A stretch of DNA of 63,760 nucleotides, the filler included, from Lenisia limosa (Eukaryota > Protista > Breviatea), in the NCBI GenBank assembly GCA_001655205.1. It is 5 parts of 5 records of this genome, joined end to end, with 100 filler letters (N's around TTAATTAATTAA, not from the genome) between each part and the next. Parts side by side here need not be neighbours in the genome. Positions count along the whole stretch, not along the records: positions 38,220 to 50,318 come from LPNZ01004124.1; positions 50,419 to 62,239 come from LPNZ01008020.1; 3 more parts are not named here. The stretch is one strand, 5' to 3'. The notes beneath the pieces are model-generated. The model searched no databases. It had not been told where the DNA came from and was given only the letters and a program-made list of their open reading frames with translations. Positions 38,220 through 53,400 of this stretch are shown here, piece after piece. Position numbers and translations under genes: made by a program. The stretch's first letter is position 1. Every line of letters starts with the position of its first letter.

Positions 38220-40121
38220 ACCAGACATCCTCACACACCTTCGTATTTGCGGAGCTCTTCTCCAACGACTACGGTAAGACCGGTAGGAGTGACCTCGTAT
38301 TCCTTGGCTGTGTGGGAAGGGGTGAACAAACTGGATAGATGTAAAATCACCACCACGATATCATCCACCGCACTACCGCCGTCACCTCCCGCATACCAAT
38401 GTTGGCATCAGGGGAGTGGAAGAAAGCCATTCGTCCGTCTAATTCGACCGCAAGTGCCTTTGGGGGTCATTCAATGAATTTTCATGATAATATAGTATCA
38501 AAAAAGGATAATTCTATTTGATCTGCAAAACAAACCTTCCACAGAAGTGACACCTTAGTTTTAGGGGAGAAGAGAATAGCAGAAGGCATATCTTCTAAAT
38601 TGCCTATCAGAGAAGGTACATACGATATATTATGGTTATAAAATAAATATGGATCATCCGTGTTGAAAAATCATAATAATACGACTCTAAATAGTGCTAT
38701 TGTTTTTCAGAAATAGATAATACTTGTTTTTATTTGTGATATACTACATATATTTGAATTACGAAATCCTACTTCACTTTCACAAGTCTCATTGATTGGT
38801 TATATTATTCTCAAACACACCCACACCCCCAACCAGGTAAGCTGGTGCTCTCAACAATCTTAGTGGAAAGGTTGGGTACAAGACGTTCGGCAAATTTGGA
38901 AAGAGAACCAGCGGTGCGGGCTCCCTCGTATGGAATGGCTTCCTTTGAGGGTTAAGGTAAGTATAGTAAATGTTAGGCCTTTAATTCCCTTAACAGGAGC
39001 TCCTCTATCATCTCAATAATACTGGACGTCATAGTAAAGCCCATCTGTATACCCAAAAATACCTTGGTAAAACCACCCTTCACGGCTTTCTGTTCAGAGG
39101 GGAACACCTTGATTGTGGGGAAGCCTGGTGATGGGGGGGGGGGGGTTAAGCAATAAACAAATTTCTGAAATACTGCCAAATAAAATGAATATAATATATA
39201 AACAACATACAGTCAACTTTTTAAGTGTTCTATTTCCCTAAACACGCAAAAGACCATTAAAATGAATAGATTCTTCGTACCCCCATCTCAAAACCATGAT
39301 TGTATCTACTTTCACCCCCCCCCCCCNNNNNNNNNNNNNNNNNNNNNNNNNNNNNNNNNNNNNNNNNNNNNNNNNNNNNNNNNNNNNNNNNNNNNNNNNA
39401 ATCAATAGCAGCAACCTTAATAAGACCCTGAAAACATCATGTGGGGAGAAGGAGTGGGGTGAATATTAAAAGCCTCATTTGGCTTTACTCAAAGTAATTA
39501 GCTGTGTATCTCCTCCTCTTTGTCCATATACGTGTTTTTGATGCTTGTCTCACATATTCCCGACCCGTGACACATACCTTCATATTATCAGCCATTTTTT
39601 GGTACTCAGGTTTGAAAGACTTACAATGTCCACACCTGAGTATGAATGGTGTTATTGGAAATTAAACGGGAATATAAGGAGAAAATAAACAAAAACAGAA
39701 GACATACATATATGGGCACAAATAACCAAACAAGGCACATTATGTAGGAATGAAAAAATATCAAATCTGCTGGTTGAACAAGAAGAAAAGTTGGCTATTT
39801 GGATTATTGGGTCTTTCACTTGATTGAATAATTGAACTGTAATGTGGTACACACACACACACATACACACACACACACGACACAAATTCTGACATCATGT
39901 TATTGAAAGACTCCTTTACCATGGAGCGTAGGCCAGAACAGTCCACACATGCTTTGAACCGTAAACCTTCTCGGCAAATGTTTTTGATGTGAGCATCTCA
40001 ACATTTTTAAATGAGAACTGCAAGAGTGAAATTTGATTTCAAGGAAAAGTCAAACCGCCTGTGCACCCAAGAAGAGGGAGAACCCAAGGAGCATTAAACA
40101 CGTAATTTTAGATATAATCAT
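38220..40121 (-). CDS. Protein disulfide-isomerase family protein (ER thioredoxin; truncated at scaffold edge)
   Basis: Signal peptide MIISKITCLMLLGFSLFLGAQA, AYAPW/CGHCKSFKPEY, GFPTIKVF, YEGARTA, ILFSPKTKVSLLWKALAV. Confidence 0.88.
39849..39878. repeat. (CA)n microsatellite in a PDI intron
   Basis: Interrupted AC dinucleotide run. Confidence 0.9.
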
Positions 40122-40330
40122 GATGAAAAGGTTGAGAAGATCGTGCAAAAAAACAAAAAAAAAGCTGACCGAAAAAGAGCAAAAGAGAGGGACGGTCGAT
40201 ATTTACCGAAAAAAATCGATAAAAAAATTAGCTTTTTAAACCCGTCGCCCATTGCTTCTTCTCATCCTTTTTATATGATAGACAGACAAACTGACAACCT
40301 AAAAACACATATAACGCATGATTGAGAGAA

Positions 40331-43300
40331 ATGAATCGAAAACGGGATGAACTTGTTGTGATCCCGTTTTACCATCTCCGCAAAGCCTTCTACTCCACCA
40401 TCTCGCCAGGAATCTCTTTAGATATCGGTAAACATTCACGTTCCATCTGGGTGGATTTTTAATCTTCGAGCTCACCTGCATAGATCTCTCTTCCTCAACT
40501 TGCCTTGATGACCTTTGCGCGTCCTTTCCGGCGACCACAGTCCAACATGTATGGGTTCAGTCGAAATAAATTCCATTATTGCCTACCAAGTAAGCTACGT
40601 TCATCTTTTGACTAAAATCTGAGATGAATCTGCGCGTTGAGGGATAATGGAGGAATAGAGTTTCATCTTGCTGTAATGCTGCTTTACATTGTATGTAACC
40701 GTCTAACATGTTAGATCATTGAAGATGTTGGCGGGAGACTTTTGAGCAATGGTAAAGGTTTGTCNNNNNNNNNNNNNNNNNNNNNNNNNNNNNNNNNNNN
40801 NNNNNNNNNNNNNNNNNNNNNNNNGGATCCTTACGCCCCTTTTTTGCAGCCCATTCTTATGACCTCCTCCCCGACCTTTTACCTTTTTCGCAAACAGTGA
40901 CCGCGCTCGTTTGTCAGGTATGTGGTGATAAACTCTCTGTAATTGTATTGCGTTCCACCATGCTATGTGGCCTTTTCAATCTTCATATAGTTCCTTTTGT
41001 CAAGAGTTTGTTTACCTTTACTATGTTTGAGATATCAACTTGTTTGCAACTGGTTTGCTGCTTATCATCTCTTTTATGAGCAACAGAGCCGAGCCGCACC
41101 ACGAGGCCTCCATGGCGGACCGACTTTCAACTGGCCGGCAGTTCGGGCTCTCATCACACTCGGATGCTCGCAAGAACCCCACCAAAATAACATGGGGATG
41201 ATGTCCTCCTGTGATTTCTCGCTCTTTGGACCTTCCAAGCTATTAAGGATTCTGGTTCAGACGGTTGGAGGGGAGTCACATTATTTCAATTGAGCGTTAT
41301 GCAAAAACGTAGGATTACGCTTGGATTTCGCAGTGTTTGCTTGAAATTTTCAGAAAATAGATAACTCTTTCAGTCCTTTGTTGAAAACCTGTTTTATGTG
41401 AAATGAATATAAATATATAACACAAGGTTCTGAAAGACAGTCGTGATTTTGCATAAACGCTCTGATACTATCGGTATCTTTGCTTCAGTATTCTCCTCCA
41501 ACTTCCTTCCAGACGACACTTGAGCTTGCCTCTCCCCAGAGCCTCAAACTGTTTGACACCGAGGACTTTCCCAAAGATCCATCCATCCAAGACTTGCATT
41601 CCTTCCTTCCCGCTACGGTGGGGAGGGTACACAACCCCATTTTCAGCTTAATTACTTCTTTGGGATTTTTTAATTCTCAACCTTCCTGCTCGCTTATTTA
41701 TTCATTCTTAGATTCACCCATTGCTCGTTGTGGATGTGCTTTTTTGCCTCATGTTTCGGTTCAACTTGCGCCTCGGCTTGGTTTTAAGTTGGGGGGGGGG
41801 GGGTTAACGTACCATCACNNNNNNNNNNNNNNNNNNNNNNNNNNNNNNNNNNNNNNNNNNNNNNNNNNNNNAAAACAAGGTGGAATTAGTTGATAGTTAA
41901 TAATTAATATGAAGATGCTCTAAGATATTGCCAAATATGTATCTCAATCCAAAAATAATACCATAAATAGTTATTTTACTTGCTCAGCATTTCTTTCCGA
42001 AAGTCCTTCGCGAATGGCTGTTTTCTTTGTGGAGGTATTAGCTCGTATGAAGGGTGTAGTGTTTGTTAATTATGCTCAAAGGGAGGAGATTCCTATTCAG
42101 ATGTTTTTTTTGGGAAATGTCACCTCTCTCCAGTTTCTCTTGCTAAGAAGTACAGCAGATTTGTTCAGTACACACTCAACAAAATACAGCAATTGGTTTG
42201 TTCTGGGTTGCTGTCGAATTGTATTCTCTCATATCACTTTTAATGTGGTACTCAGAGTTGATCATTTCAGTTTATCAAACATAACAAACTAAACCTTCCT
42301 AAATATCCCTTCAACGATTCCGTCTCATTATCTTAGCCCAATGACTTCCTGCACTGTATGGCGGAGTATCTTGTTGAAGTCCCCCTTGACTGTGGCATCA
42401 TCTGCAAAGCCATTGTGAGCCAGGGTCTTTTTTCTTCGCGAAATTGATATTATTGTGATTACCTTTACAACCCACTCAATACACAAAAACAACAAGTCCT
42501 CTTCACAATTGTAGTCACAAAACTTGGCACCCATGCCCCAACCTTTCCTCTCTGCCTATTTCAAACATACCTGGTCTTTGCAAGGTATGTGCTACGGTCC
42601 ATTTTTGATATGCTTTTATACTTCTATTTGTAGTTTACTGTGATGCTGATGAAAATGAAAACGCACTCGGATTACTTCCTTGTGGATCTGTCCTCACCCG
42701 CATAGGCCTGCCTAGCCGACAACTCTTCCTTGCACTTTCCGCTCACTCCAATTCGATTCCCCTCGAAGTCCCCGTGACTCTTCCTTTCTTGTTCTCTCTC
42801 TTGTCTTCACTTCCTCTATCTAAATGTACCAATGTAAGCCAACTGTATTGTTATATCTGCGTTTTTTCTACCTAACTCCAAACCCTCATATTGATACTGA
42901 GGTGTTATTTGAGAGATGCCATTTTTACATTGAGTAAGTAATTCAAAATTGATCATTCAGATTCCGTCTCTTCCAACTCCAATCATTCTTTCCATTCTTA
43001 AAGTTTTTCCACAATTACTTTCCAATGTAGGGGTGAATGAGGGGTGATATTTAGATTGTTATCTTAGAGAATTGATCCTTTTTAACACCCAACCCTACAG
43101 CCCGAATTTCAGTTTATTCGCAAACTCCTTCCTCCACATCTCCAAGCACCTAGTGGTGCTCCACCTTCAACAACAGCTGGTCTTGCGGACAATCTTTGCT
43201 CTTGTGTTCCTGTCTTGAACTTCGTTCTTGTCAATGTATGGGGGATTGGGATCTTAGTTTAGTAACGTTTTCACCCACGTCTGTTTAACACATCAGTTCC

Positions 43301-46300
43301 CGCGTACCTCATTGCATCACGTCCAAGCTCTTTTGGCATCCCAACTCGCCAAGTTATCCTCAGATTTTCCTTCAATAACCCCGAGTGACATACATGCAAT
43401 CATCGCTCTCGTCCGATGGATTACTCAGGACGCTCTTGTGTGTCCAGAGTCCGACCTTCCATCCAGTTCTTTGGAACTCCTCAGGCGATGTGGCGATGTT
43501 GTGCTCAGCTCTGTCTTTCTGCATCGAGGTGTGCTGAGGCATGAAACCATTATATTTATAGAAAATGTGAATGTCAACGCTATCACCCAACTGCTCTATT
43601 TCCAAGCATCTCAATATATTTTGCACTGGGTATACACAAATTTTCTCATTGTTTAGAGTTAAAGAGTTTGAAAAGGCTTAAGAAAACTTCTGACCTCTTC
43701 ACTACTAATTTGGTAGGAAAAGACCCTATCCCTCTCTCCTATTTGGATGAATTGACGATTTAGGACTCTGGTCACCCTGTTCTTCTCCTCTTGGAAATCC
43801 TGGCGCTTGTCGGTCCATATTTTACTTCCGATCCACTCACAACATTAACACCCTCCAATTCCCCCCGCACTTTTCTCCAAGGAATGTTAGCCGACCTCCC
43901 AGCCATCCCTGCTGTGTTGACATGTCTCTCAAAATTCATCAAAAACACTCGAAGACAGAAACCACTCTCTGAGATCCAGGTGTTCGGACGCGGTTTATTA
44001 GAAGTTATCCTGGGGTCACCACGGTGGTTTGGACTCACCTCCTCTGTTCTGCAGTGCCAACAACTTGATGGCAGAACTGACTTGGTAGGACTTTTGACAG
44101 TGATACGTGTTCTGAAGTTTGTTGGACTATAGTTGTATCTATAGGGCAGACTAGATATTTTCTTCCTTGTTTTTATTCTTATTTACTCCGCCTCTGATTC
44201 ACCTCCTACCCCTTAGCCTCTTGACGTAGGGCTTGCCACTNNNNNNNNNNNNNNNNNNNNNNNNNNNNNNNNNNNNNNNNNNNNNNNNNNNNNNNNNNNN
44301 NNNNGCACTGCCGCCTCTCCTTTTATGAGAACTGCAAAATGGAACTATTCCCCTGAAATAGTTAGAGGAGCAACTCGTAGTCCTGGACGATTCTTTTTTT
44401 TTTTTCAGATCATACCCTTTTTGTATCTTTCTTCTGTATCTCTTGGTAATCTTGGGGAGGTGGGAGGATACGGGAGCTGAGTGGATAAACACGCTTCTTT
44501 ACAGTGGAACGAGTGGTTTTGCTACTATTCGTTGGCACAGTGTTATATGTGCCGACAATCGATTTAGAGGTTTTTGTAAAAAGGGGATTGCACTTCGTAT
44601 ATATAAGTTTGAATAGTTTCATATTCATATTCTTTTCCTCCTCCCTTGTATTGAGGAGATATTGACACCCCTAAGGTTTTTCAATATTTGTTGTTCCATT
44701 TCTTGAAAAATGCAATGTCAATCGAACTTTTGATTTATCTCATTAGGAGCTTCAAGGATCTGGAATGGTGGCACTGATTCAGTTCATTTACTCCCATGAT
44801 CGACTGGAATCGTCAGCTTTTGTCATGGTGGGGATATCTGTGGTCTTGGCGTAACAGTCCATTAAATCTTATATTACCTTGCTTTTCTGTTTCATTATCC
44901 TTTTTACAACTTTAACTTGTGTTACGTTACCTTTGTTAGGCCCGACAAAAGCTGGTAACATGTCATATTTCCTCCATTGTCTTGTTGTTCAGCCTGTTTG
45001 CCTTGGAATGGATCGAAGAAGACGCTCTAGTCGCCAACTTAGCACTCTTCCCGCCCTCTGCACTTCCAACCATCGCCTCCAATATCAACATTCTCCCCTC
45101 GTCTGTCTATAACAAGGTTCTCCATTGTCTGTTGGAGACGTTTGGGGCATTGGCACTGCCTATTGTCCAAAAAGCCGCTTCAATTAACGGAGAGCTCCTG
45201 AGCAATACAGCTCTTTTGTCGTCAATGATCGATGCGGTTCATAAGTGGGGGTGGGGCATTGAATGGATAATGATAGTGAAACGCGACTGTGCCGCTCCCA
45301 CATGTATTTAGTTATGCTGAAACATTGTTTTTTTTTTGACGATTTGACAAAAGGCTAACTATTTAGGTTCCCCTACCCTTCTCACAAATGCACTGGAAGT
45401 TCCATTGTCTGCCAAGCAGCAAGGAATCAGTTACAACATGGTCAAGACGATGGTCAAAAAGACGGACAAAACACTTTGAGAATTCAAGACGCCACTAGCA
45501 GGCATCAGTGCATCGCAGCACCGCAGTGGTTTTCAACGGGTTCGGTTCCTGTTGTTGCACTTTTGGCCTCGGTGATCTCACATGACGTCTTACAAGAGGT
45601 TTGTAATGGTACATCCCACAAACCTTTCATTTCCAAAATAGCATTCCTGTTTTTGTTGTTGTTGTTAAAATATAATGTATGAAAAGTCATAATATATCAG
45701 GGAAGCTTCACTCTTTTACCTTTTTAGCACTTCTCATCTGCACCTCTCGACTTAGGACGTTTTGCTTTAGATTGGCTCCTCAGTCAACCCATAATCTCCC
45801 GCCTTATCCTGTTGGTTGCATAATGAAGTGTTTTTAAACCCATTTATACCATAGGACCTGCATTCTTCGCATCATCTCCGTGTGGCCAGAGCTTTGGGTC
45901 CGAGCCATGCTGACTATTCACAACCTCAGTAATTTGACAGCTCAACAGTGGGTCTATTGTGTAAGGATCTGGTGGCTAGTGCTGAAGGTCACTTCATATA
46001 TTATTTAAGTTGGGCTTCTGTACAGCTGAGAGTGTTAATTGTCTGGAACATCATCTTCCTCTTCGCCCGATATCAGCATCATCCCCCCCCCCCCCNNNNN
46101 NNNNNNNNNNNNNNNNNNNNNNNNNNNNNNNNNNNNNNNNNNNNNNNNNNNNNNNNNNNNNNNNNNNNNNNNNNNNNNNNNNNNNNNNNNNNNNNNNNNN
46201 NNNNNNNNNNNNNNNNNNNNNNNNNNNNNNNNNNNNNNNNNNNNNNNNNNNNNNNNNNACTCCCCCCTCCCAAGGCTTATCCCACCCAGAGTGCTGACAC

Positions 46301-49300
46301 ACGTTATTACTGGACTTGCCTTGAGTCCACACCGCGAAAGCTGCTTCGCTGCTGCTGCGGTTTTGAGTGAATCGTATCCTGAAGTTCTGGTTCACACAGT
46401 GACTGCCCTCAAATCAATCAAGTGGGGGTGGCTACTTAGATATGGGTTCCGTGTTTGGAATGTTTTACTTTACCCAAATCATAATTTCTTGTGTTTAATC
46501 GTCTCAAGGAAACTGTTCTACGCATCCAGCGTGTTCTACTCAGTGCCGATAGCCCCAACTGGCAACAACCTTGTTGATGGTATTGTGCAGCTCTTTACCG
46601 AAACTGCTGTGGTGGGATGGACTTCTTAAATACCACATCATCACATATCGTAAAGGATATTTAACAAAATACCATACCAGATATGTACGACAAGAAAAAA
46701 CAAGATCATATTCTGATACAGCTTTGTGGGTGGATATTATCTTGACCCTTTGTTTTCTGAAAAGTAGATTTCTAACGTGAATATTCTTGATGAAGACAAA
46801 CCGTACTTTTTAATAATTTTCTCTGCAGCTCGAAGATCGCTACGGTGCAGCTTTTGTTGCGTCCCCGGTTCCACCAACACCTGGTATGCCAAAAAGCCAT
46901 TCCTCTTCCTTCTTTTTTCTTTCTCCTTTCTCATTTCTATCCAGATAATATGACGTTTTAGGTTTATCCGAGTCCATTTCTATGGCATCTCAGCATGTTT
47001 CGTCATTTTGCATCTTTTCGGCATGGCTTCATTCCAAAGCGTTCCATATCAACACTGTTTTCCCGGATTACAACAACAACCATGATCCTGATTTGGTGAG
47101 TATCTTAAGCAATCAGATGGAAGTAAACTCATATACTAATTACACTGTATAAATTCTTATTTTTTGGCTGGTTTAAAATATATTTTGGTCCATTTTCAAC
47201 AAAACAGTCGTTATCAACATCATTCTCTCCCCCCCCCCTCCCCCAGACAAACCTCTTTCTATTTGCCAACATGCCTCCGAACGTCTCAGTGATTACACCC
47301 TCCGATACTAAGCCGGTTCCTCAAAGTGTTGAAATTCCAACCAGGTAGGCTGGCTTTGCTGAACGAAATCCAATTAACATTACGCTAGTGTCTTTGATCA
47401 GAGACTGTGTTTGTTGCCAGTTTCAGTAAGACCAAATCACCCACACCTGTAGACCCCCCAGCAAGACCGTGGATTGTAGCGCAGTCACAATGGCGCACCG
47501 CGGCGTTTTATGTCTTCTTCGCAACACCAAAACCTGCATGAGTCTTCCGATTGATCTGCTGCGATATACTGAGTCTTTATTCCGACAGCATGATAATGAT
47601 GGTCTGGGTGGTAATGATAATGATGGTCTGGGTGGTAATAAGTCTTTATTTTGATAAAGTAACTTGACTTGTGAGGGAGTGTTGACAGCTTTGGTTTGAA
47701 TAATCATAATTATTTATGTCGGTCAAATTAGCTGACCTCTGTAGATTCACACCCTTCTCTGTTTGAAATGGCGGAATCTCTCCCCGAAATCTCTGTTGCA
47801 AGCCCAACCTCTCCTTCTTGTTGGCGCGGGGGGGGGGGTCAATCAAGTGNNNNNNNNNNNNNNNNNNNNNNNNNNNNNNNNNNNNNNNNNNNNNNNNNNN
47901 NNNNNNNNNNNNNNNNNNNNNNNNNNNNNNNNNNNNNNNNNNNNGCTGGTACGGTTCCGACCAATTGTCTCCGCTCAGCTCTGAGTCGGACAAGCGCTCG
48001 CGAAGGTCCTCCCAGTCTTCAGATATGACCTTGTGTGCGGGGTCTCATCGAATGAAAGGGGGGTTTTGTGTGTGTGTATGTTACGTTTAAACTTTTGTGC
48101 ATTGACCAAATAGAGCTGATTTCTTGTTTGTTTTATACTTCTTTGCCATTCACCCCACACACACACAGGCCGTCACGTACGCCTTTCATGCCAGTCTCAC
48201 CGGTATCAATGAGCTCTGTGGCTTCGGTCCGCTCCGAGCAATTCGATGACCTGGAGCCCCCCCAGCCCCCGGCTCAAGTAAGAGAAGCTCTGCCTCAAGG
48301 ACTTTTTTGTTGTTAATTGTATCTTTCACTGCGGCGCATTGACTTGGGGTTCTTATTAAATTGTGTGGAATCCTATGTAATTATATCATGTCATATATGG
48401 TACATGAAGAAATTTATGGGATTCCCAAACACTACATACGAATCAGCGATGTTATGTTTCTTTGTTATCGTTTTGTTGCTTGCTGTTTGTTCCATTTTAT
48501 GAACCTTCCACAGACGTTTAACCTGGAACCCTTGTCGGAACCTATTTCGGATCTGGATGTCTCCGCTTCCGACGATGACGTGGCGTCTCTCGACCATCCA
48601 CTCGACCAAGGACCGGACCAAATGCTTCGGAACCCAGATGAGTTACGCCATTCCTTGAGCATTGAGTCATTGAAAGATCTTCAAATTGAGGAAGATCACA
48701 TAGATCAAAGCTGTATTCTCTGGGCTGCCGGGACTCTGACGCCTGAAATGGAACCTAATAATACGGGCCTGGCACCAATTAATGTCCAGTCCAACAGTGA
48801 AAGCGATGTGTCACCATCGAATTCCTCCGAAGACGACACACCCACCTTGGTACACCTCGAGGACATGGCCGAAATCCGTTCGCAGTCTGATGGTGGGTAA
48901 TGGGGGGGGGGGGGGNNNNNNNNNNNNNNNNNNNNNNNNNNNNNNNNNNNNNNNNNNNNNNNNNNNNNNNNNNNNNNNNNNNNNNNNNNGAAATTCTTGC
49001 TCAATATACTGGCTTGACTCACTGTTCATAACAATCAATTATTGACCATCCAGACGGCTTTTTCGGCACGTCCTGGTTTGAGATTAACCCTCTTCACCAG
49101 AAGGACAAGAGAGAGGTTTGGAGTGGGCTCCTCTCTTTTTTTGGATTTATTACACAATTGTGTTGTTTTGTTTTTCCTCTTGAAATTGGATGATAGTTGG
49201 ATAAACTTTCTAGGTTGTTGAGATTTTTGAAGAACCAGAAGAGGAAGGTGGGAAGTGTTATGTTCTCGTTTTCGTTCAAATAAGAGGTTTCTTTTGCTTA

Positions 49301-50318
49301 TAATATGATATACTATCAGCCACAGTTGCGACTCCACGGATTAACCCTCCCAGAGCCGCAGCCAGTGTTCCACAAACGAACTAACAGCATGGCCCTTCAG
49401 GTTCGCCAGCTGGCTCTATCCACTGCATTGTGCTGTTTCTTTTTAATAATAGTGAAACACGGAACAAAAACTAACCCACTACTATAACCTCCACACGCAC
49501 ACTCCAAACTTTATTCACCCTCAAGGTGGCCCTTCGAGCGTGCACTGTCAAGTCGGAAACCCCCTTCCAGAAGCCCGAAAAACCGGAGCCCCCTTTATCC
49601 ATCCCGCTGGACCCGACAAAGACGTTGACTGACACACAAGAAACTCTCATCGGCCGCTTCGACGTCTTGAACACGCCAACGCAACACACCACGGCAGCGT
49701 ATCTGCTGAGCTCGTTCCACTCCGATGAGTCTCTGGAGCGCTGGATCATGGGCAGGGTTAAGACGGGGGCATCTCTCGCACAACCCAGTGCGTTCAAGCA
49801 CTATCTGGTACAGGCCCAAGTACTGTTGTCGTCTTCTTCATGTGCTCTTTCACAACAGGTATTTATTACCTTGTTGCAGTTATATTGCGGCTTTTCAGCA
49901 AAGTGTAAACTTTGATATTTATTTTACCGTCTTCCTTCGTTATTTGCTTCTGTGTTTACCCCTTGCAGTCACTGGAGTTTCTCCTCGGCCTCATAATGCA
50001 AGACAATACAATTCCAAAGGTGGAAGTGTCCGGTAATTTCAGCAATTATTGGTAAGTGGTTCCTCCTTTTGCTTTGCTTCAGCGGTTTGGGTGGAAGTTG
50101 TGACAGTTTAAATGTTGACTTTTCAGGGTTTTATCTCCTGATACTCAAGAAATTGAACCGATTTCTTTCCTTCTCAGAGGTGATAAGGCAATTTGTTTTC
50201 TGTGTTTTTGTGTGTATTAATATACATATAGTATGTATTATATGGTATTATGGTGTTATATTTAACCCTTTGCATTGTAGGTTACTATCCCTCGTTACTC
50301 TCTCCAAGAGAACTCCTT
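40331..50318 (+). CDS. Very large multi-exon gene of unknown family: helical-repeat-like N-terminal part, Ser/Pro/acidic region, truncated at scaffold end
   Basis: Many plus-strand exons with canonical splice sites encoding Leu-rich amphipathic helices (HHVQALLASQLAKLSSDFP.., EILALVGPYF.., LFSLFALEWIEEDALV..). Could be more than one gene. Confidence 0.5.
47591..47638 (+). repeat. 24-bp tandem duplication
   Basis: TGATAATGATGGTCTGGGTGGTAA x2. Confidence 0.9.
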
Positions 50319-50418
50319 NNNNNNNNNNNNNNNNNNNNNNNNNNNNNNNNNNNNNNNNNNNNTTAATTAATTAANNNNNNNNNNNNNNNNNNNNNNNNNN
50401 NNNNNNNNNNNNNNNNNN

Positions 50419-53400
50419 ATGCCGGAGGGTTATCAATCGAGTGAGAATCACATCTTTATAACAATAGAGACACCCCCACATATAATTACAAATATTAGAC
50501 TTAGTATACACATATGCCATGCATCTTACACACCACTATAACTAAGGCTTCCCTACGGTCCCAAAAAAGACAGAATATCTCGATAAATCCTCTAAAAATA
50601 TCGATATTTAAACGGTCTTTCGGACTGTAGGGAAGTCAAATACCCCCCCCCCCCCCNNNNNNNNNNNNNNNNNNNNNNNNNNNNNNNNNNNNNNNNNNNN
50701 NNNNNNNNNNNNNNNNNNNNNNNNNNNNNNNNNNNNNNNNNNNNNNNNNNNNNNNNNNNNNNNNNNNNNNNNNNNNNNNNNNNNNNNNATGAAGGGGCTC
50801 GAAAACGAAGAATAACAAGGCGGTTGAGAATCCAAAATAAGATCGTATCATCATCGCATCAAATCCAAGTTCAAGAGAGAACTTCAACTTTTATCAGGGA
50901 TTAATGGCTTAATCATTACATGACAAGTGATGACATGAAACACTCAACACCGACCTTGACCGCACCGCACTATGGTTGTAGGAGGGGTTGGCGGACGATG
51001 GTCTTGGCGGAGGCCATGCAGCTGACGATTCTCCACCGTCCTGCGACTCCGGCTGCGGGGTGAGAACTGGACTGAGGACCAGGCAGTTTTGCGGGGTAAA
51101 AAAATAAAAGGTGAACCGACAAGAACTGAACTGAACTAGTCGAAGATTTACCGAATTGACGCGAGATAGGCGCGATAAAGCTAATCTTCACAACAAAACA
51201 AAAAAAAGGGACCTTGTGTGCAACCAAAATAGAAACTTCTCTATATTTTAAGACCAATTGGACAATCACCCCCTCCCCGCATTTGCCTTCTTTATTAAAA
51301 AGACATTTCTACAGTTCACCAAGGTGGTCAGTCTCCGGAAAACACCCCTCACCCTATCTCTCATAACCTTCCTGAAGTCGTAGTGAGGATGGCGCTGGGG
51401 GGAGGCGGCACGGCCCTACACCGGCGTTAACCGTGTACCTATGAAAACACAGCTTCTTTGAAGCGCAACATATTGCAAATATAATTTCCTCAATCAACGA
51501 TACTCCAAATCGCCTTGCCAATAGTGTAACACATATTACATGCATATCCAAAAAGTAATACGTATTGTGGTTACGCAGATGAACCAGAAAGTACCCCCCC
51601 CCCTGACAGAATATGACGATCTTGGTGATCTGGGCGACGTGGTTTGTGAAGGTCCGTTTCGACGTTGATCTGTTCTGGTAAGATATGGAACATGAATGGA
51701 GGAGGGTGATGAACACCTGAAAATAAGAATGACCCCCCCTTCCAAGGCTTTTGGGCAGACATAAGAATGACCCCCCCCCTCTCCAAGGTTTTGGGCAGAC
51801 ATAAGAGGATTCTTGAAAAAAAATGAATTTTCACCTATTCCCCTTGTTGAATAATTGAAATGTCACCTAAAGACAAATCCCTTCTCCCACGACTAAGTCT
51901 GAGTCTGTCTTGTTGGATTCTGCTCTCACGCTGCTTCAAGGACTCCTCCTCCCGAGTGATCTAAACAATGAGGTCAATCAGAGGGTTTCTGTTCGAATTC
52001 GTTCCCTCATCACGCTCTCATTAAAAAGGGTTATACCTGGTCAAAATCTCAAAACGAGTCTGGTGAAAAGAAATTTGAAACGATACTAGTATATGTATTT
52101 ATCGCACATGTGAAGGAAAAGGNNNNNNNNNNNNNNNNNNNNNNNNNNNNNNNNNNNNNNNNNNNNNNNNNNNNNNNNNNNNNNNNNNNNNNNNNNNNNN
52201 NNNNNNNNNNNNNNNNNNNNNNNNNNNNNNNCGCTAATTGCGTCTTGGCGAACTAAACCATCATATTCCCTCGATACCTTCAGCTCTTATACCCGAGTTT
52301 ACAAATCATAATAAATGTGATAATGTAGAAAAGGGTATCCGTCAACGACTGATCCCGCTACTTTTGGAAATTAAAGAAGCAGCAAGTCTTCTCCATCATA
52401 TCAACCCATCAATCTATTACCCTGTTCTCCAGTCCCCCACTAACCCTTGGCTCGGGCCATTTTTTCTGCATGGTGCGCGGCAGCAACTCGTTTGTTCATC
52501 CGAGACTCCTTAGAAATGAGAATAATCCAACCTGTCACCCCCGTCATTTGATGCATAAAGATATTTAGACCTGCTGCAATCCCCGGTCACCTGGGACGCG
52601 ATTGACGTTGCGCGTGAATCAATACGCTCACGCTCCTCCTGCAAGCGCAGGCGTTCGTCAACAAGCCATTGTTCACGGGCCTGTTGGTGGTAAGAATTGT
52701 TTCCAGCCCTTCACTGAAATAAGACAAACTTGGTACACAGAGGGTGTCAAGATCCATACCAGCGAATATGGGTTTGTGATGCATGTAATACTGTCATATT
52801 TAGAAATTTGAAGAACAACTCTGGAATGTGGTGATACTTAACCTTGTTCAACTGTTGTTATTGCTCCCCCCCCCCCCACATCAAGTTCCCTTGACCATCC
52901 ACGGGCGCGACTAGAGTTCGACTGGGGTCGGCGTCTTCTATGGGGTTAGAAAGTGACTGAATAGAATGTGGCGTTTCAACCGGGATAAAGAAGGTATTTC
53001 ATGAGCAAGGTTGAGAAGCAAGCCTCAAGAATTGCTGTAATACGAGATTTTAATGGGAAGCACACGATAAAGAGTACCCTGTTCAAAAGAAACATATACT
53101 ACTGATAAAATTATTAACTGTAATGTATCTCTCATGAAGCAAGACTCAGCTATACGTTTTGGACTGATCATCAAAAATTCCCCAAAAGCAATAAAACTCA
53201 TAACCCTTCACTCCCATACTGAGTCTCCGATCGAGTAGGGGAAGATGATCTTGTTGCCTTTGGTACTGGTACTTTTTCTGTCTCTGCTTGGGGGGTTGCC
53301 TCGGACTCAAGCTCATCTCTTACCATCTCCTCTGAATTGGGCTTATCATCCTCGACAGGGGTGGCCTCAGGAGAAGCGTTACTCGGCTAGAAATATAAAT

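Noticed and set aside
42328-42534. Minus-strand 68-aa ORF suggesting a nested gene
   Set aside because: The plus strand has properly bounded exons here (PNDFLHCMAEYLV.., SQNLAPMPQPF..); antisense shadow.
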